A DNA stretch of 64,000 nt from an uncultured Gemmatimonadaceae bacterium (GCA_963829055.1 CAWHHI010000004.1:576001-640000); one strand, 5' to 3'. Positions 43,535-56,364 are shown, counted from the first letter of the stretch. Numbers and translations are program-made. Notes: a model not told the origin generated them from the letters alone.

Positions 43535-44860
43535 TCAGCGCTGAGCGAACGCGGCTCGCGCCGGCAGCGCGGTTTCACGCGCGACTGCGGCCACACGCCG
43601 GAGTACGAGAGCAACGAGCCAGCCAAGCGCTACGCCGGCAAACACCGCCGCCCACTCCCACCAGCCGCCGAAGGCGGTGCCGGCGACCAGCGGCGCCACC
43701 ACGAACGCTAGCGTGACACTGGCGAGCAGCGCCGCACCGATCACGGTCGCTGTCGGTCGATGCCCCACGGGACGGTTGCGCGCTGGCACCGCCGCTGCCC
43801 ACCAGAATCCGATGGGCACCACGAGCGCGATCATCCAGAGCGCCGCGATCCACCGCGTGCCGCCATCCAACGGCAATGTCGAATGGGGAGAGCACAATCC
43901 ACCCCAGAGATGGCGACAGCGGCACCACCTCCTCGCGAGACTCGGTTCCCGCCTGCACGCCGGCGACGAGCGCACGATCGCGATGCTCGCACGTGAGGCG
44001 CACGAGGTCCGGATGCGCGCCGCTGGAAACCCGCAGTGCGTCTCTGAGAACAATGCGCGGCGACCGGAAACGCAGTTGCGCTGAGCGTGTTTTCTGAAGG
44101 CACGTGAGGTCCCAACCGCGCTGCTCGAGGGCGAATGGCTGGGTGATCTCTTCCGAGATGCGGACGATTACCGAGCGCCGCGGTTCGAGCCCGTCACGGT
44201 CGATCGTCGCCGTCGCCCGCCACGCGTCGCTCATGAGACGGCGGTCGAGCCCGAGCGATGTCGACGGAAAGCCTAACGGCAGATCGATGCCGTTGATGTC
44301 GAACGCGAGCAGGCGACCGGTGAACGGTTCGTAGCCCGAGCGCGGCGGCAGCCACTGGACCCACAACGAACGCGGCACGAATGCGGGCCCGAGTGCCCAG
44401 GTCGTCGCGGCGCAGGTCGCCGCGAACACCGCGCACCACGCAAGCGCGAGACGCGCCGCCGTCGCCGGTTCGGGGGCATAGCAGCGGTTTGCGCCGAAGC
44501 GCGAGCTCGATGCCGATCCAGCCGCCGAGTGAGTTCGACAGGATGTCGCCGAACGATGAATCACGACCGACGACGACGGCTATCTGCAACGATTCGATCG
44601 CGACGGTGGCCGCGACGCAGATCGCCAGCGGGATCCACCGGCGATTCAGCGCCAGCGCCAGCGCGAACCCGAGCGGCATGAACATGATGATGTTCGTCGC
44701 GACGTCGAGTGCGCCGAACTCGCCGCACGCGATGCACCAGAAGCTCGTGGTGATGACCGTCCACGGCGCAGGGGTGAGCGTAAAGAACGCGATCGCGATG
44801 CTCGAGATGATCGCGAGAATGGTTCCAACACGGCGGGAAGACAGGGAGCGAATGGTGGCC
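43535..44860 (-). CDS. VanZ-domain membrane protein (start not resolved); frameshifted
   Basis: DVATNIIMFMPLGF, IESLQ...GRDSSFGDILSNSLGG (VanZ pattern) followed by a periplasmic and multi-TM region. Confidence 0.72.
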
Positions 44861-44863
44861 TCG

Positions 44864-46471
44864 TTAGGTCACTGGTTTCCGGATGAGTGCACGTCGCATG
44901 GCGACGCACGCCGGGCCCGACTCCCCGTCGGTCCGTGGCGTAGCGCGAAGCGCGAGCAGCATGGTTTCCTGCGAATACGCGCGCATGACGTCGAACCGAT
45001 CGCAGTCGTGCAGCACCAGTCGGAAGACCGTCTGGTAGTCGGAATAGATCGGCGTGCCGAGGATGTGCGTGATCCGTTGACGCTGCAGGTACGGAAGAAA
45101 CGAAGTCGTATCCTGCTGAAGGACTTCTTCCCAGAACACGGACTGCCGCTGCGCGAAGTAGTACAGCGTGGCGTTCTTGGGAACGATGAAGCGTGCCAAT
45201 GGCGGCGTATGCGTTGCCGCGAACCGTGCGGCGTCGATGAAGTCGAGCGACGCGGGTCGCGCGCAATCGACGCGGGCACGGGTGCAGGCTTCCGCGCGCT
45301 CGACGAGAGTGGAATCGTTGAGAATCGCCGGCGCCGTCAGAAGAACGCCGAGCGAGGGCACGAGCAGCCGAGCGCCGGTCCTCAGTCGAGCAGACTGCTC
45401 GATCCGGTTGGCGACGATCCCGGCGCCGATGACCGTCAGCGCTATGATGACCGGCAGCACTGGCGCGAGGAAGCGCTCGAGATTGTACGGCCAGACCGTG
45501 AGCAACGCGCCGTACGTAACGGAGAAAACGATCACGGCGTTCCACCGACGCCAGGCGCTCACTGCCCCGACGATCGCGGCTCCGCCGATGATGACCATCC
45601 AGAACACGTTGTCGAACACGGTGCTCGGATTCAGCGGCAGCTTCAACTCGGTGAACACCATCTGGCCGCCGTACGCGGTCACGTTCGTCTTGATACGGTG
45701 GACCAGTGTATTGGCGAATGAGCCTTCGGCGGTGCGTACATCGATCGCGTCATCGACGTACGAACGTCTCACCTCGCGCTTCGGCGCCATGGCGGTCCAG
45801 GCGAGCCAGCTGCCGACGGTGAGCGACGACGCGAGCCCGAGCGCAACAACCCAGCGAACGCGTCGGCGAAGGAGCCAGTGCGCGCCCAGGCTGAGCGGGA
45901 TCGTCACCCCAGCGCTGCGGACCAGAGCCGCGCTGATGGCGAGCGCGCCCGCGAGCATGGCGCGTCGTCCGCTCGGCAATGTGCGCTCACTCCAATCAGC
46001 CGCCCACAGGGAGCACAGCAGCAGCCCGGTGAACGTCGCCTCGGTCACTGGAGCGCCGGCCACTTCGACCAGCGTCGGATTTACGGCGCATATCGCGGTG
46101 ACCAGCAGCGCGAGCTCCGGCGACCAGCGACGACGGATGACATCGAAGAGCGCGATCAGCCCCACTACCGAAAACAAAATGCCCATGCCCGCGATCACGT
46201 CCAGCCGTTCGCCGAAAAGCGTCCCGAGGAACGCGAGCAGCGCCGGGTATCCCGGCGGAAAACGGGCGGCGATAGGTTCGGCGATGAACTGAACCTCGCG
46301 GTACGAAAATCCGCGCAGCGAACGCGCGAGGAGCAGGTAGGCCGCGTCGTCGCCGAACGTGAAGATCTCACGGGCGCGGACGGTCCATGCCAGACACACA
46401 TGACCCACGAGAACGGCGGCCAGGAGCACGCGCTGCCGAACGGCGAGCGACACCGGTTGTTCGGTCACCAC
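44864..46471 (-). CDS. GT-C (ArnT/PMT-like) integral membrane glycosyltransferase
   Basis: GDDAAYLLLARSL, FPPGYPALLA, TEATF, RSAG, ERFLAPVLP; about 11-13 TMs. Confidence 0.75.
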   Translation of the reverse strand: MVTEQPVSLAVRQRVLLAAVLVGHVCLAWTVRAREIFTFGDDAAYLLLARSLRGFSYREVQFIAEPIAARFPPGYPALLAFLGTLFGERLDVIAGMGILFSVVGLIALFDVIRRRWSPELALLVTAICAVNPTLVEVAGAPVTEATFTGLLLCSLWAADWSERTLPSGRRAMLAGALAISAALVRSAGVTIPLSLGAHWLLRRRVRWVVALGLASSLTVGSWLAWTAMAPKREVRRSYVDDAIDVRTAEGSFANTLVHRIKTNVTAYGGQMVFTELKLPLNPSTVFDNVFWMVIIGGAAIVGAVSAWRRWNAVIVFSVTYGALLTVWPYNLERFLAPVLPVIIALTVIGAGIVANRIEQSARLRTGARLLVPSLGVLLTAPAILNDSTLVERAEACTRARVDCARPASLDFIDAARFAATHTPPLARFIVPKNATLYYFAQRQSVFWEEVLQQDTTSFLPYLQRQRITHILGTPIYSDYQTVFRLVLHDCDRFDVMRAYSQETMLLALRATPRTDGESGPACVAMRRALIRKPVT

Positions 46472-46486
46472 AGGCGAACGGACGGG

Positions 46487-48013
46487 TCAGCCGGCAGCTG
46501 TGCGCCGCGACGATCTCGCGGCCAACTCCTCCGCCGCATCGAAGAAGAGCGCAGCCTGCGTCGAGCGGTCGAACCGGCCATCGTGATTGAGCGACGTTGG
46601 TCGGATCCCGGCGCGAAACTCGGCGAACCGCTTGGCGATCACGCGTTCGATTCCGTCCACGTCGTACGGCGCGATCACGTCGGCTTCCGTATCGCGCAGC
46701 AACGCTTCGGTCGCGCCCGCAGGTTCGGCCAGCGCGAGGAGCCACGCATCGAATCGCATGTACTCGAAGAGCTTCGCCGGGATCGTCACCGTCGTTCGCA
46801 ACGGCAGGCTGACGAGGAGCGAGACACCAGCGAGAAACTGCAGTGCGTCGCGCCTCGGTCGAAATCCGTGAGCGACGAAATGCTCACCCAGGCCCGCTTC
46901 CGCCGCTATGGTCGTGAGCGGAATGCCCTCGCACGCGTCGTCTCCCATGAACTCCACGCCGAATTCATCCGGCGTCGCGCCCGTTGCACGGGCGACACGG
47001 GCTGCAGCCTCGAAGAGCGGACGCGGATCGCGACCGAGGTAGATCATGCCGGCGAACCCCACGACGAATCGGCGACCAATGCGCGACGGGGGTAGCGGTT
47101 CGCGGTCCGCTCCGTTCATCACCGTGCGCACGCGGCCGCGGAGCGCCGGGTATTTCGCGACCTGTAGCTCCTCGTGGGCCTTCGACGTCACGACGAGCAG
47201 GCTCGCGGCCGATACGCAATCACGCTCGTGCCGCTGGGCGAGCCTGCGCCAGGTGTCGCTTCGAAACTCGGAGGGCATCGCCGAATCGTCGGACCAGGGG
47301 TCACGCATGTCCATCACGATCGGCAAGGCATGACGGGCGGCGATGCGGCGCGCTGCGTCATGAGCAGCGTGCGGGGGGCCGGAGCTCACGACGATGTCGT
47401 ATCGATTCTTGGCAGCGAGCCGGGACCCGAGCGCCGCCGCTCGACGAGCCAACGCGTCGGCCAACTGAAAATGCACGCGGCTTCGAAACGCCCGACGCCA
47501 GAGCGACGCGTCCTCTCCACCTAACGCGACCGTCCGATCGCTGCCGTCCAGATGCCCGCCGAGCGGCGCCTCGGATGGTTTGGCGCCGACCGTTCCGACC
47601 CACCCTGCTCGGCGCGCCGCTCGGAGCATTGCGCGGTACCAGACGGGGTTCTCGCCAGTGAACCCGAACATCCGTACGCCCGGCGGGAGTCGCTCGAGTC
47701 TCGTCATGTCCAGCGGGCCCATGAACTGCGGCTCCAGCGCGACCACATCGAATGCCCAGCCCCGCTCGGCTCCGCAGCCTACGAGCGAGATCCAGCGCAA
47801 CGCACCCACTTCCGCGCTGGGCGCAAAATCGAAGAAGACGAGGAGCCCTCGGCGGAGTGGGTTGGTGACCGGCGCGGTCGCGTGGAACGCAATGGGATCG
47901 CCGCCTGGCGATGCGCCGTTCGTGGAGCCGAGCGGACTGAAAGCGGGCGCGGTCCGATCCCCTTCGTTCGCGAGAGAGCTGACAGGCGGTGAATTCCGCA
48001 CAGCGCGGGTCAT
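46487..48013 (-). CDS. GT4-type glycosyltransferase
   Basis: FAPSAEVGALRW, SSGPPH, DMRDPW, VMNGAD, IPAKLFEYM. Confidence 0.82.
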   Translation of the reverse strand: MTRAVRNSPPVSSLANEGDRTAPAFSPLGSTNGASPGGDPIAFHATAPVTNPLRRGLLVFFDFAPSAEVGALRWISLVGCGAERGWAFDVVALEPQFMGPLDMTRLERLPPGVRMFGFTGENPVWYRAMLRAARRAGWVGTVGAKPSEAPLGGHLDGSDRTVALGGEDASLWRRAFRSRVHFQLADALARRAAALGSRLAAKNRYDIVVSSGPPHAAHDAARRIAARHALPIVMDMRDPWSDDSAMPSEFRSDTWRRLAQRHERDCVSAASLLVVTSKAHEELQVAKYPALRGRVRTVMNGADREPLPPSRIGRRFVVGFAGMIYLGRDPRPLFEAAARVARATGATPDEFGVEFMGDDACEGIPLTTIAAEAGLGEHFVAHGFRPRRDALQFLAGVSLLVSLPLRTTVTIPAKLFEYMRFDAWLLALAEPAGATEALLRDTEADVIAPYDVDGIERVIAKRFAEFRAGIRPTSLNHDGRFDRSTQAALFFDAAEELAARSSRRTAAG

Positions 48014-48014
48014 C

Positions 48015-49088
48015 TCAGAGCGGAGCGACGGCGCGGACGGTGCGCCGTGGGAGGAACGCCGACGCACCCGTCAACCACCCCTCGAACTCCACTGGGGCCA
48101 GGTGCATCGTATCGATGAGGCGCGGCAAGAGCAGCGGGTCCGACGCCGAGGACGCGATGCCAGGGAAACACGTGGTCGCCGACGTGACGCCCATCTCACT
48201 CAGCCAGCCCCGAAACGCAGGATGCGTGACGCCGCTCGGATAGCAGAAATGCGTTGCATTCGCGCCGTTGGTCATCGACGCGATCGCGCGCCGATTGTCC
48301 ACGATTTCGCGCATGAACGGCTCCCGCTCCGTCGGCACACGATGTCGGTGCGTATGGAGTTGCACGTCGATGAGATCGCGTGGCAAGCTGGCGACTTCCT
48401 CCGCGGACATGAGGCATAATGTTCGACGCGCCCGGATAGTCTGATAGTCCACGCCAATGCGTTCCGCAACCGAACCGATGATCGCATCCTTGTCCGCGCC
48501 CGACAGCTCGTCTCGCAGGCACCGACGCATGATGGCGGAAAAGACCGATTCGCGCTCCTCTCGAGTGCGAAGCGATACCGGCTCGGGTGACTCGAGTAGG
48601 TCGGGCGCGTCGAGCGTGCGGTCACGCCCTTTCCACAGAACGTAGCGCAGCATCGTGTTGAACACGGGACGCTGCGTCTGGGCGTAATACGTCGTCAGGT
48701 AGACCGTTGCTGGGTATCCAAACTCTACCAGGAGCGGGCGTACCTGGCTATGGAAGTCCGCCGCGCCATCATCGAACGTGAGCGCCACGGCTCGAGACGG
48801 CAACGTACCGTCGTAGAGGCGCGAGACGGCCTGGGAAAGGGGAAGCACCTCGTACCCGCCGTCGCGGAGCGCGACAAAGCGACTCCGCAGAAATTCGCGA
48901 GGTACATAGAGCTCGCTGTCCCATTCGTGCTCATCGGTCGCCGACACCCCGTGATACCCGAGGATCAATAGCCGACGTCCGCGCCACCGGCTGTCGCGGG
49001 CGAGCGACGTCAGCCCAGACCGACGGGCGGCGTTGAGCGTTCTTTGCTTGATCGCCTTGAGGAGCGAAACGTGGTTCGGCTGGCTCAC
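48015..49088 (-). CDS. Polysaccharide deacetylase (CE4/NodB-like)
   Basis: LILGYHGV, ALTFDDG, QLHTHRH, FCYPSG, LPRL. Confidence 0.88.
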   Translation of the reverse strand: MSQPNHVSLLKAIKQRTLNAARRSGLTSLARDSRWRGRRLLILGYHGVSATDEHEWDSELYVPREFLRSRFVALRDGGYEVLPLSQAVSRLYDGTLPSRAVALTFDDGAADFHSQVRPLLVEFGYPATVYLTTYYAQTQRPVFNTMLRYVLWKGRDRTLDAPDLLESPEPVSLRTREERESVFSAIMRRCLRDELSGADKDAIIGSVAERIGVDYQTIRARRTLCLMSAEEVASLPRDLIDVQLHTHRHRVPTEREPFMREIVDNRRAIASMTNGANATHFCYPSGVTHPAFRGWLSEMGVTSATTCFPGIASSASDPLLLPRLIDTMHLAPVEFEGWLTGASAFLPRRTVRAVAPL

Positions 49089-49722
49089 TGACGAGTGGCG
49101 ATCCGGGGCATCTGTGTATGCGGAAGCGTCGACGTCATGGGACGAGCAACAGGTGCTTCGGGCAAGAGGGAGACCATGGCGAGCTCGGCTCGACGCATGG
49201 GTGTGCTGGGTAGGGTGTGTTCAACTCCGCCCCCAGCTGGAGTTTCTTAGTCCAATGATAATCTGCGAGCTTATGCGCGTCCCGTCGGCGTCGCTCTCCG
49301 GTTGACGCTACGCCTCGCGCCAGAGTTGTTGCGGCCGTGCGTCGATTGGTGGCGCCCGTGCTACCCAGTCCGGAGCGTCAACGCGCGCGATGCCGGTGTG
49401 GCCGCAGCGTCCGAGGGGTTCGCGCGTCCTGTGCACGTTCCGAGCCCTTCGAGGGAACGGGAGGAACAGGAAGGCGCTCACGGCCTTTGCTTTGCGTTGC
49501 GGGTCGGCGATATACCCGGCACATCGGTATCGTCGCCGGATGGTCGCTACTCTACCGCTGATGGCGAGTCAGTCGTCTGGATTCACGACCCGACTGCCAC
49601 GGCCGGCGGTCGCGCTCGCACCCGTTTACGCGTTTCACTGGTTTTACTCACGTCCTCCGATCGATGCCTAGCAGCGGTTTCCCGGTGAGCAGGAACTCTT
49701 CTTCAATGGTTCGGGTGCGCGC

Positions 49723-51701
49723 ATGTGCGGAATAGCGGGCTTTGTGTCGCGCGCCACAAATGGGGACGCCGGGCGTGAAGGAGATGTCGTCGCGCTACGT
49801 CGGATGTGCGACGCGATTCGACACCGCGGTCCCGATGACGCCGGCTACTACGTAGCCGCGACGCCTCCGGAATCAGCTGGTGCGCGCGCCGCGATCGGCA
49901 TGCGCCGACTGAGCATCATCGACGTTGCCGGCGGTCATCAGCCGATGACGAACGAGGACGGCACGGTCCACGTCGTGTTCAACGGCGAGATCTACAACTA
50001 TCAGCAGCTGCGTTCTCGACTGCTCGCTGGACGACACCAACTCACGACACACAGCGATACCGAGACGCTGGTGCACCTGTATGAGGACCTCGGGGCTGAC
50101 CTTGCACGCGAGCTCCGCGGGATGTTCGCGTTCGCGATCTGGGACGCACGACGGGGCCGGCTGCTCGTCGCCCGCGATCGGCTCGGGATCAAGCCGCTCT
50201 ACTACTGGCGAGACCGCGGGTGGCGTCGCCTTCGCCTCGGAGCTCCGTGCGCTCGTCACACTTCCGGGCTTTCCGCGCGAGGTCGACCCCGACGCCGTCG
50301 TGGACTACATGGCACTCGGGTACGTCGCCGGATCCGCGAATGCATCTTCACGGGCGTTCGAAAGCTGCCGCCAGGACATCTGCTGGAGTGGTCGCGCTGA
50401 CAGGCGGCGTTCGGGTGGAACGGTACTGGTCGCCAGCGGTCGCGGAGAACAGCACGATCAGCGACGGCGAGGCGATCGAGGAAACTCGCCGTCTGCTCGA
50501 TGAGTCGGTCCAGATCCATCTGCTCTCCGAAGTCCCGCTCGGCGCATTCCTGTCCGGTGGGATCGATTCGTCCGGTGTCGTCGCGACGATGGCGCGCATG
50601 TCGGGTCAGCCTGTTCGCACGTTCTCCATCGGTTTCGAGGAGCGCGAGTTCGACGAGTCGCAGTATGCGGCGGAAGTCTCGCGCGCGCTCGGCACGCAGC
50701 ACACGCAGCTCGTCGTTCGCCCGGACGCCGAACTGCTCTTCGATCAGGTTGCACGCGCGCTCGACGAGCCATTCGCTGATCCGTCCGCGCTGCCGACGTT
50801 CCTCGTATCGCACCTCGCGCGTCGCGACGTCACGGTCGCGCTCTCGGGCGACGGTGGCGATGAGCTGTTCGGCGGGTACACGCGCTACTTCGAAATCAAT
50901 GGCGCGAACACGCTGCCGGCCATCGCGCGTACAATGCTCCGCACGGTCGGGCTGTCACTGCCGCACGCCGCGTACGGGCGCAATCGACTGCTTTCCCTCG
51001 CGCGTTCGATGCGTGGTCGTTATGCGGGAACCGTCGCGCTGCCCGTGCGAGAGGCCGAGGGTGGGTTGCTGCGCGAGGAGCTTGCGGCAGCGTGCGCTGC
51101 CATTCGAAAACACGCTCGATCGCTGGTTCGACGGCTCGTCGTCGCGCGACTTCATGACGCAGCTCATGATGGTCGACGTGCAGAGCTATCTGCCCGGCGA
51201 TATCCTCACGAAGGTCGATCGCATGAGCATGGCGCACTCGCTCGAGGCGCGCGTGCCGTTGCTCGATCACGAGGTCGCCGAGTTCGCGCTCTCGTTACCG
51301 CCGTCGACTGAAGTTTCGCGACGGAGTGGGGAAGTGGGTGCTTGCGTCAGGCGCTGGCCGATCGCGTTCCCGCCGACGTCTTCACGCGGCCGAAGCAGGG
51401 CTTCGATGTCCCGTTGCGCGACTGGTTCCGCGGGCCGCTGTCGCATCGTCTCGCCGCGCTCGACGATCAGTCATCGCGCATCTACGAGTTCGTCGAGCCG
51501 CGCGCGGTGCAGCGCATCGTGCGCGAGCATCGCACGAGCCGCCGCGATCATGCGCGCACGATCTGGCGTCTGATGATGCTCGATCAATGGATGAGGCTTC
51601 ACGCGACCGGAGAATTCGTGCGTCCGGTCACGATTAGTGGCGACGTCGATGCGTTGATCGGACGCGCGATGGCCGACGGAGCGTTCGCCACGACAAATTG
51701 A
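49723..51701 (+). CDS. asnB: Glutamine-hydrolysing asparagine synthase family amidotransferase (polysaccharide amidation type); frameshifted
   Basis: MCGIAG, HRGPD, RLSIID..GHQPM, FNGEIYN, RDRLGIKPLYY, FLSGGIDS, SGDGGDELFGGY, KVDRMSMAHSLEARVPLLD, PKQGF. Confidence 0.92.
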
Positions 51702-51930
51702 CCGCTCGCGCGCCCGCGCGAGCCGTCGCGTCATCGTTAGTTGCGCCCCCAATGGACTGCATAACGATGATCTAGTGTGCTGTTCCGCACCAATCACTTG
51801 CGTCCTTCAGACGCGGTGACTCACTGCCGACAATTTCGTCCAGAAGCAGACGCGACCACACGGCGCAATTTGCGCGGCACGTTGCAGGATGCACGTCACT
51901 TATGACGGCAGGATCGGCCCTCTAGCAGGA

Positions 51931-52039
51931 GGGCGCGACAAGGGCAAACCCGTCGAAAGGCGGGGACGCAAAGCATACGGGGCTACAGCGCGCATCGGAT
52001 CGAACACGCGCGCCACGCCGGCCGGGCCGCCGAACGCCT
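51931..52039 (+). ncRNA. c-di-GMP-I (GEMM) riboswitch 1
   Basis: GGGCAAACCCGTCGAAAGGCGGGGACGCAAAGC..CGGGGCTA...GCCGGGCCGCCG: P2 with GAAA tetraloop, GACGCAAAG junction, G at the G20-equivalent position. Directly followed by RBS GGAGGAG and ATG 52056. Confidence 0.92.
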
Positions 52040-52055
52040 TGCACTGGAGGAGTCC

Positions 52056-55000
52056 ATGCCATGCATTCGCCGAGCGGTTGCTCGCGGTTGCACCTTCGCT
52101 GTCCTCGCCACGGTCGTCGCGTGTTCTGGTGACGACGGTGTCGGAATCGATACGCCCGTAGGAACATCCACTCTTGCGGTCCGCCTGTCTCCCAAGAATG
52201 ACTCGTTAGGCGTCGGAGAGACCAGGCGCTTTACGGCCCAGGTCGTGGGCCGGGCCGGCGTGACGCACAGCACACCTGTCGCGTGGGTATCGCTCAACAA
52301 CGATGTCGCCACGGTGAGCACATCGGGCGATGTCACGGCGTTGGCGCCGGGCTTCGTCAGCATCGTTGCGACCGTCGGCACGAGCGCCGACACGGCGAGC
52401 GTCTACGTTCCCAGTGCCCTCATGGTCGAGCCGAACGCGGTCGTCACCGCGGTGGGTGAAGAAGTGAAGTTCGCTGCCAAGAAGCGAAGCGGCGCCGGCG
52501 CGTCCGGCAACACCTTCACGTGGTTCTCGTCCAACACGAAGATCGCCACGGTGACGGCGGACGGCATGGTGACCGCGGTCGGGCCGGGCGAGGTCACGCT
52601 CATTGCGTCCTCGGGAACACAGACCGGAAGCGCAGTCGTCTCCGTTCGCACTAAGGACATCGCATCGCTGCGCCTCGCGCCGGCGACCAGTTCCGTCTAT
52701 CCCAAAGCGACGACGCAGCTCCAGATCACGGCCTACGACGATGCCGGCCGCGCCATGGCGCTGCCACAGGGCACTGCGCGGTGGAGTACCTCCGACGCGA
52801 ACGTGCTCGTCGTCGACGACCTCGGAACGGTAACGGGGAAGGCAAAGGGCTCGGCGGTTGTCACCGCACGCATCGGCTCCAAGTCCGCCACCGCATCGGT
52901 GAACGTGCTCGACGAGCCGGTCGCGACGGTGAACGTCGCGCTCGACGCGTCGACGCTCGATCTCGGTCAGGTCACGCAGGCCGTCGCGACGCTGAAGGAC
53001 GCGACCGGCTCTACGCTCGGCGGCCGCACTATCGCCTGGCAGAGTTCGAATCCGGCCATCTCGACTGTGAACGCGCTCGGCGTCGTGACTGCAGTGGCGC
53101 GTGGAAGCGCGACGATCAGCGCGATCGCCGACGGTAAGGTCGGCGGTGCACCGGTGACGGTCGCGACCAAGCCGATCGGCTCGGTCGCTATTTCGCCGAA
53201 TCCGGCATCGGCAACCATCGGTCAGTCGGCGCAACTTTCAGCAGTGGTGAAGGACGCGGCAGGTGCCGCGCTCGTCGGCCGCTCGATCACGTGGGCCAGC
53301 AGCAATGCTGCTGTCGCCAGCGTTTCCAGCACGGGCCTGGTCAGTGCCGTTGGCGCTGGCTCGTCAACGATCTCGGCGACGGCCGATGGCATCTCGGGCC
53401 AGGCGACGTTTACCTCCGCCACCGTCAAGACGGCGTCGGTCGTGATTTCCCCCGGCTCGCCTAACGTGCAAGTCGGTCAGGACGTGCAGCTCAGCGCCAC
53501 CGCGTATGACGCGGCCGGCAATGTGCTCGCGGCGCGAGTCCCGGCGTGGAGCAGCTCCAATCCGACAGTCGCGACGGTATCGAACTCCGGCCGCGTCACA
53601 GGCGTGTCGAAGGGCAGCGCGAACATTACCGCCGCGGTCGACGGTAAGAGCTCGAGCGCAGCGGTGGCAGTGAATGCCCCGCCGCCGGCTCCCGTCGCGT
53701 CGCTCACGGTCTCGCTGAGTTCGTCCGCGTTGAACGTCGGACAGTCGACGCAGGCGGCGGCCGTGGCCCGCGATGCGGCCGGCAATGTACTGACGGGACG
53801 TGCGATTGCGTGGAGCAGCGCGGCGACCGACGCTGGCGACAGTGTCGAGCACCGGGCAAGTGGCGGCGATCGCCGCGGGCTCGGTCAGCATCGTCGCGTC
53901 GAGCGAAGGCGTGACTGGTTCTGCTACCCTCGTCGTGGCCATCGCCGCGCCGCAACCGGTGGCGACGGTATCGCTGTCGGCCACGTCGACGTCGATGCTG
54001 TTCGGTCAGTCGCAGCTCATCGCGGTCTCGGTGCGCGACGCGTCAGGCAACCAGCTCGACGGGCGCACGATCGCGTGGTCCAGCTCGAATCTTGGCGTAA
54101 TCACGGTTTCACCTTCGGGTCAGGTGCAGGCCGTGGGCGCTGGGTCGTCGACGATCATGGCGACCAGTGAAGGCAAGAGTGGCACGATTTCGATCACCGT
54201 TGCGGCACCAGTCGTGCCGGTATCGTCGGTGAGTCTCGCGGCGGGGTTTACGTCGCTGGCGCTGGGCCAGACCATGCAGGTCACCGCGACGCCGAAGGAC
54301 AGTCATGGCACCCCCCTAGCGGGCCGCACGATCACCTGGTCGAGCTCCGCACCGTCAGTGGCGTCGGTGTCGCAGACCGGTATGGTGACGGCGCTGACCG
54401 CAGGGTCGGCTGTCATCAACGCGACGGTTGAAGGCGTCACGGGATCGCTTCCGATAACGATCAACCCGGCTGGTGGAACGGTCGCGACGGTTCGCGTCAC
54501 ACTCGCGAGCGCGGCGATCAATGTCGGCCAGAGCACACAGGCGACGGCGACGGCGAGCGATGCCGGCGGCACGACGGTCGCTGGCGGAACGCCGACGTGG
54601 GCAAGCTCGAACACGTCCGTCGCGACGGTGTCGGCAAACGGTTTAGTGTCCACGGTCGCAGCCGGCCAGGCCACGATTAGTGCTACCATGGCAGGCAAGT
54701 CGGGCGGTGCGTCACTCAGCGTGAGCACGATTGCGACCGGCGGCTCGCTGGCGACGCTCCCGGAGTTGCCGCGGTCGGTGCCCAGCGCCACGGCGTCCGC
54801 GCCGTCACGCGTCGTTCGGATTCCGGCGGGTGGTGATTTGCAGGCGGCGCTGAATGCCGCCCAACCAGGCGATGAGCTGCGCCTGGCCGGCGGAGCAACG
54901 TGGACGGCGAACTACACACTGCCGTCTCGTGCCTGCAGTGCCGTGGACCGCTGGATCACGGTGCGAACGGATATCGATGACTCGCAGTTGCCGGGGCCGA

Positions 55001-56364
55001 GCGCTCGCATAACGCCGTCCTTCGCGGGCAGGCTGGCGCGAGATCGTCTCGAACACCAACGAAGCAGCGATTCGTACGACCGGTCCCGCGTGCGGTTGGC
55101 GCTTCCTCGGTCTCGAGATCCTCGGCAGCAGTCCGAACACGACCGTCAACTACGGAATTCTGAAGTTGGGAGACGGAGGTTGGGCCGGCGGCGGTGACAT
55201 CCAGACTGTCGCTCGACAAGGTGCCGCAGGACTTCATTGTCGACCGGGTCTACCTGCACGGTACGGATTCGACGAATACGACACGCTGCCTCGCGCTGAA
55301 TTCGGGGCGGTCGGCGGTTGTCAATTCGTGGCTCGGACAACTGCCACGCCAAGCGGCTTCGACTCTCAGGCGATCGAAGGTTGGAACGGCCCCGGCCCGT
55401 ACCTGATCGAGAACAACTTCCTGGCCGGCGCCGGCGAGAACGTCATGTTCGGCGGCGTCGGACCCTGGAATCGCGAGTCTCTCGCCGACCGACATCACGA
55501 TTCGCGCGCAACCACGTCTGGAAGGATCCGGCGTGGAAGGGCGTGTGGACGGTGAAGAACCTGTTCGAGCTCAAGAACGCCCGCCGCGTGCTCGTCGAGG
55601 GCAACGTGTTCGAGAACAACTGGGCGGCAGCGCAGCAAGGCATGGCGATCGTGCATCAAGTCGCTGTCAGGACAACGCGGTACGTGCGACGTGGGAGCGG
55701 CACGACGGACGTGACGTTCCGCTACAACATCGTGCGCAACTCGCCGCGTGGTCTGAACGTGCAGGGCATGGACTACTCGAGTGGCGGTATCGGCATACCC
55801 GTGGCGCGCGTCCGTGCCGAGAACAATCTCTTCGAAGGCATCGGCGTCTTCAACGGAACGGAGAGTGGCTGGCTCAATCTCGTGACGCACAATCCCAGCG
55901 ACATTGCGATCGTGCACAACACCATGGTTCACAACACGAGCTACGGCCTCTCGGTCGTGATGGACTACGGTAACGGACAGGCGCGTCGTCTGCAGATCGA
56001 TGACAACGTGTTCACAGCGCCTTCGGGCTACGCCGTCTTCTACTCCGGCGGCGCGATCGGCGGCGCGGCGCTGACGCAGGAAGCCAGCACGACGTGGTCG
56101 TTTGCTCGTAACATCGTCGGGGGCGTGGAAGACCAGTTTGCCTCCAAGCACCCGGCGGAAAGCTGGTATCCCACGTCGATCAGCGGCATCGGATTCTCCA
56201 ATGCCGGGTCGGGCGACTACCGCCTCGCCGCAGGGAGCCCCTACAAGGGCAAGGGTTCGGCGGGTACCGACCCCGGAGCGGACTTCGACGAGCTGGCACG
56301 CCGCACCGCGGGGGCCAAGGTCTCCGCGAGCGGGTCGGTGGTTGCCGCAATGCTCCGCCGCTAG
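52056..56364 (+). CDS. Large surface lipoprotein: about 10 Big_2 Ig-like repeats plus C-terminal right-handed beta-helix domain; frameshifted
   Basis: Lipobox VVAC; repeated W-x-S-S-N-x-x-V-A-T-V-x-x-x-G-x-V units; head GGDLQAALNAAQPGD..GWNGPGPYLIENN..VKNLFELKNA..DYRL..SPYKG. Confidence 0.88.

Noticed and set aside
49481..49496. Sigma-54 promoter CGGCCTTTGCTTTGC upstream of asnB
   Set aside because: GG-N10-GC spacing fits but the -24 element deviates from TGGCAC; too weak to call.
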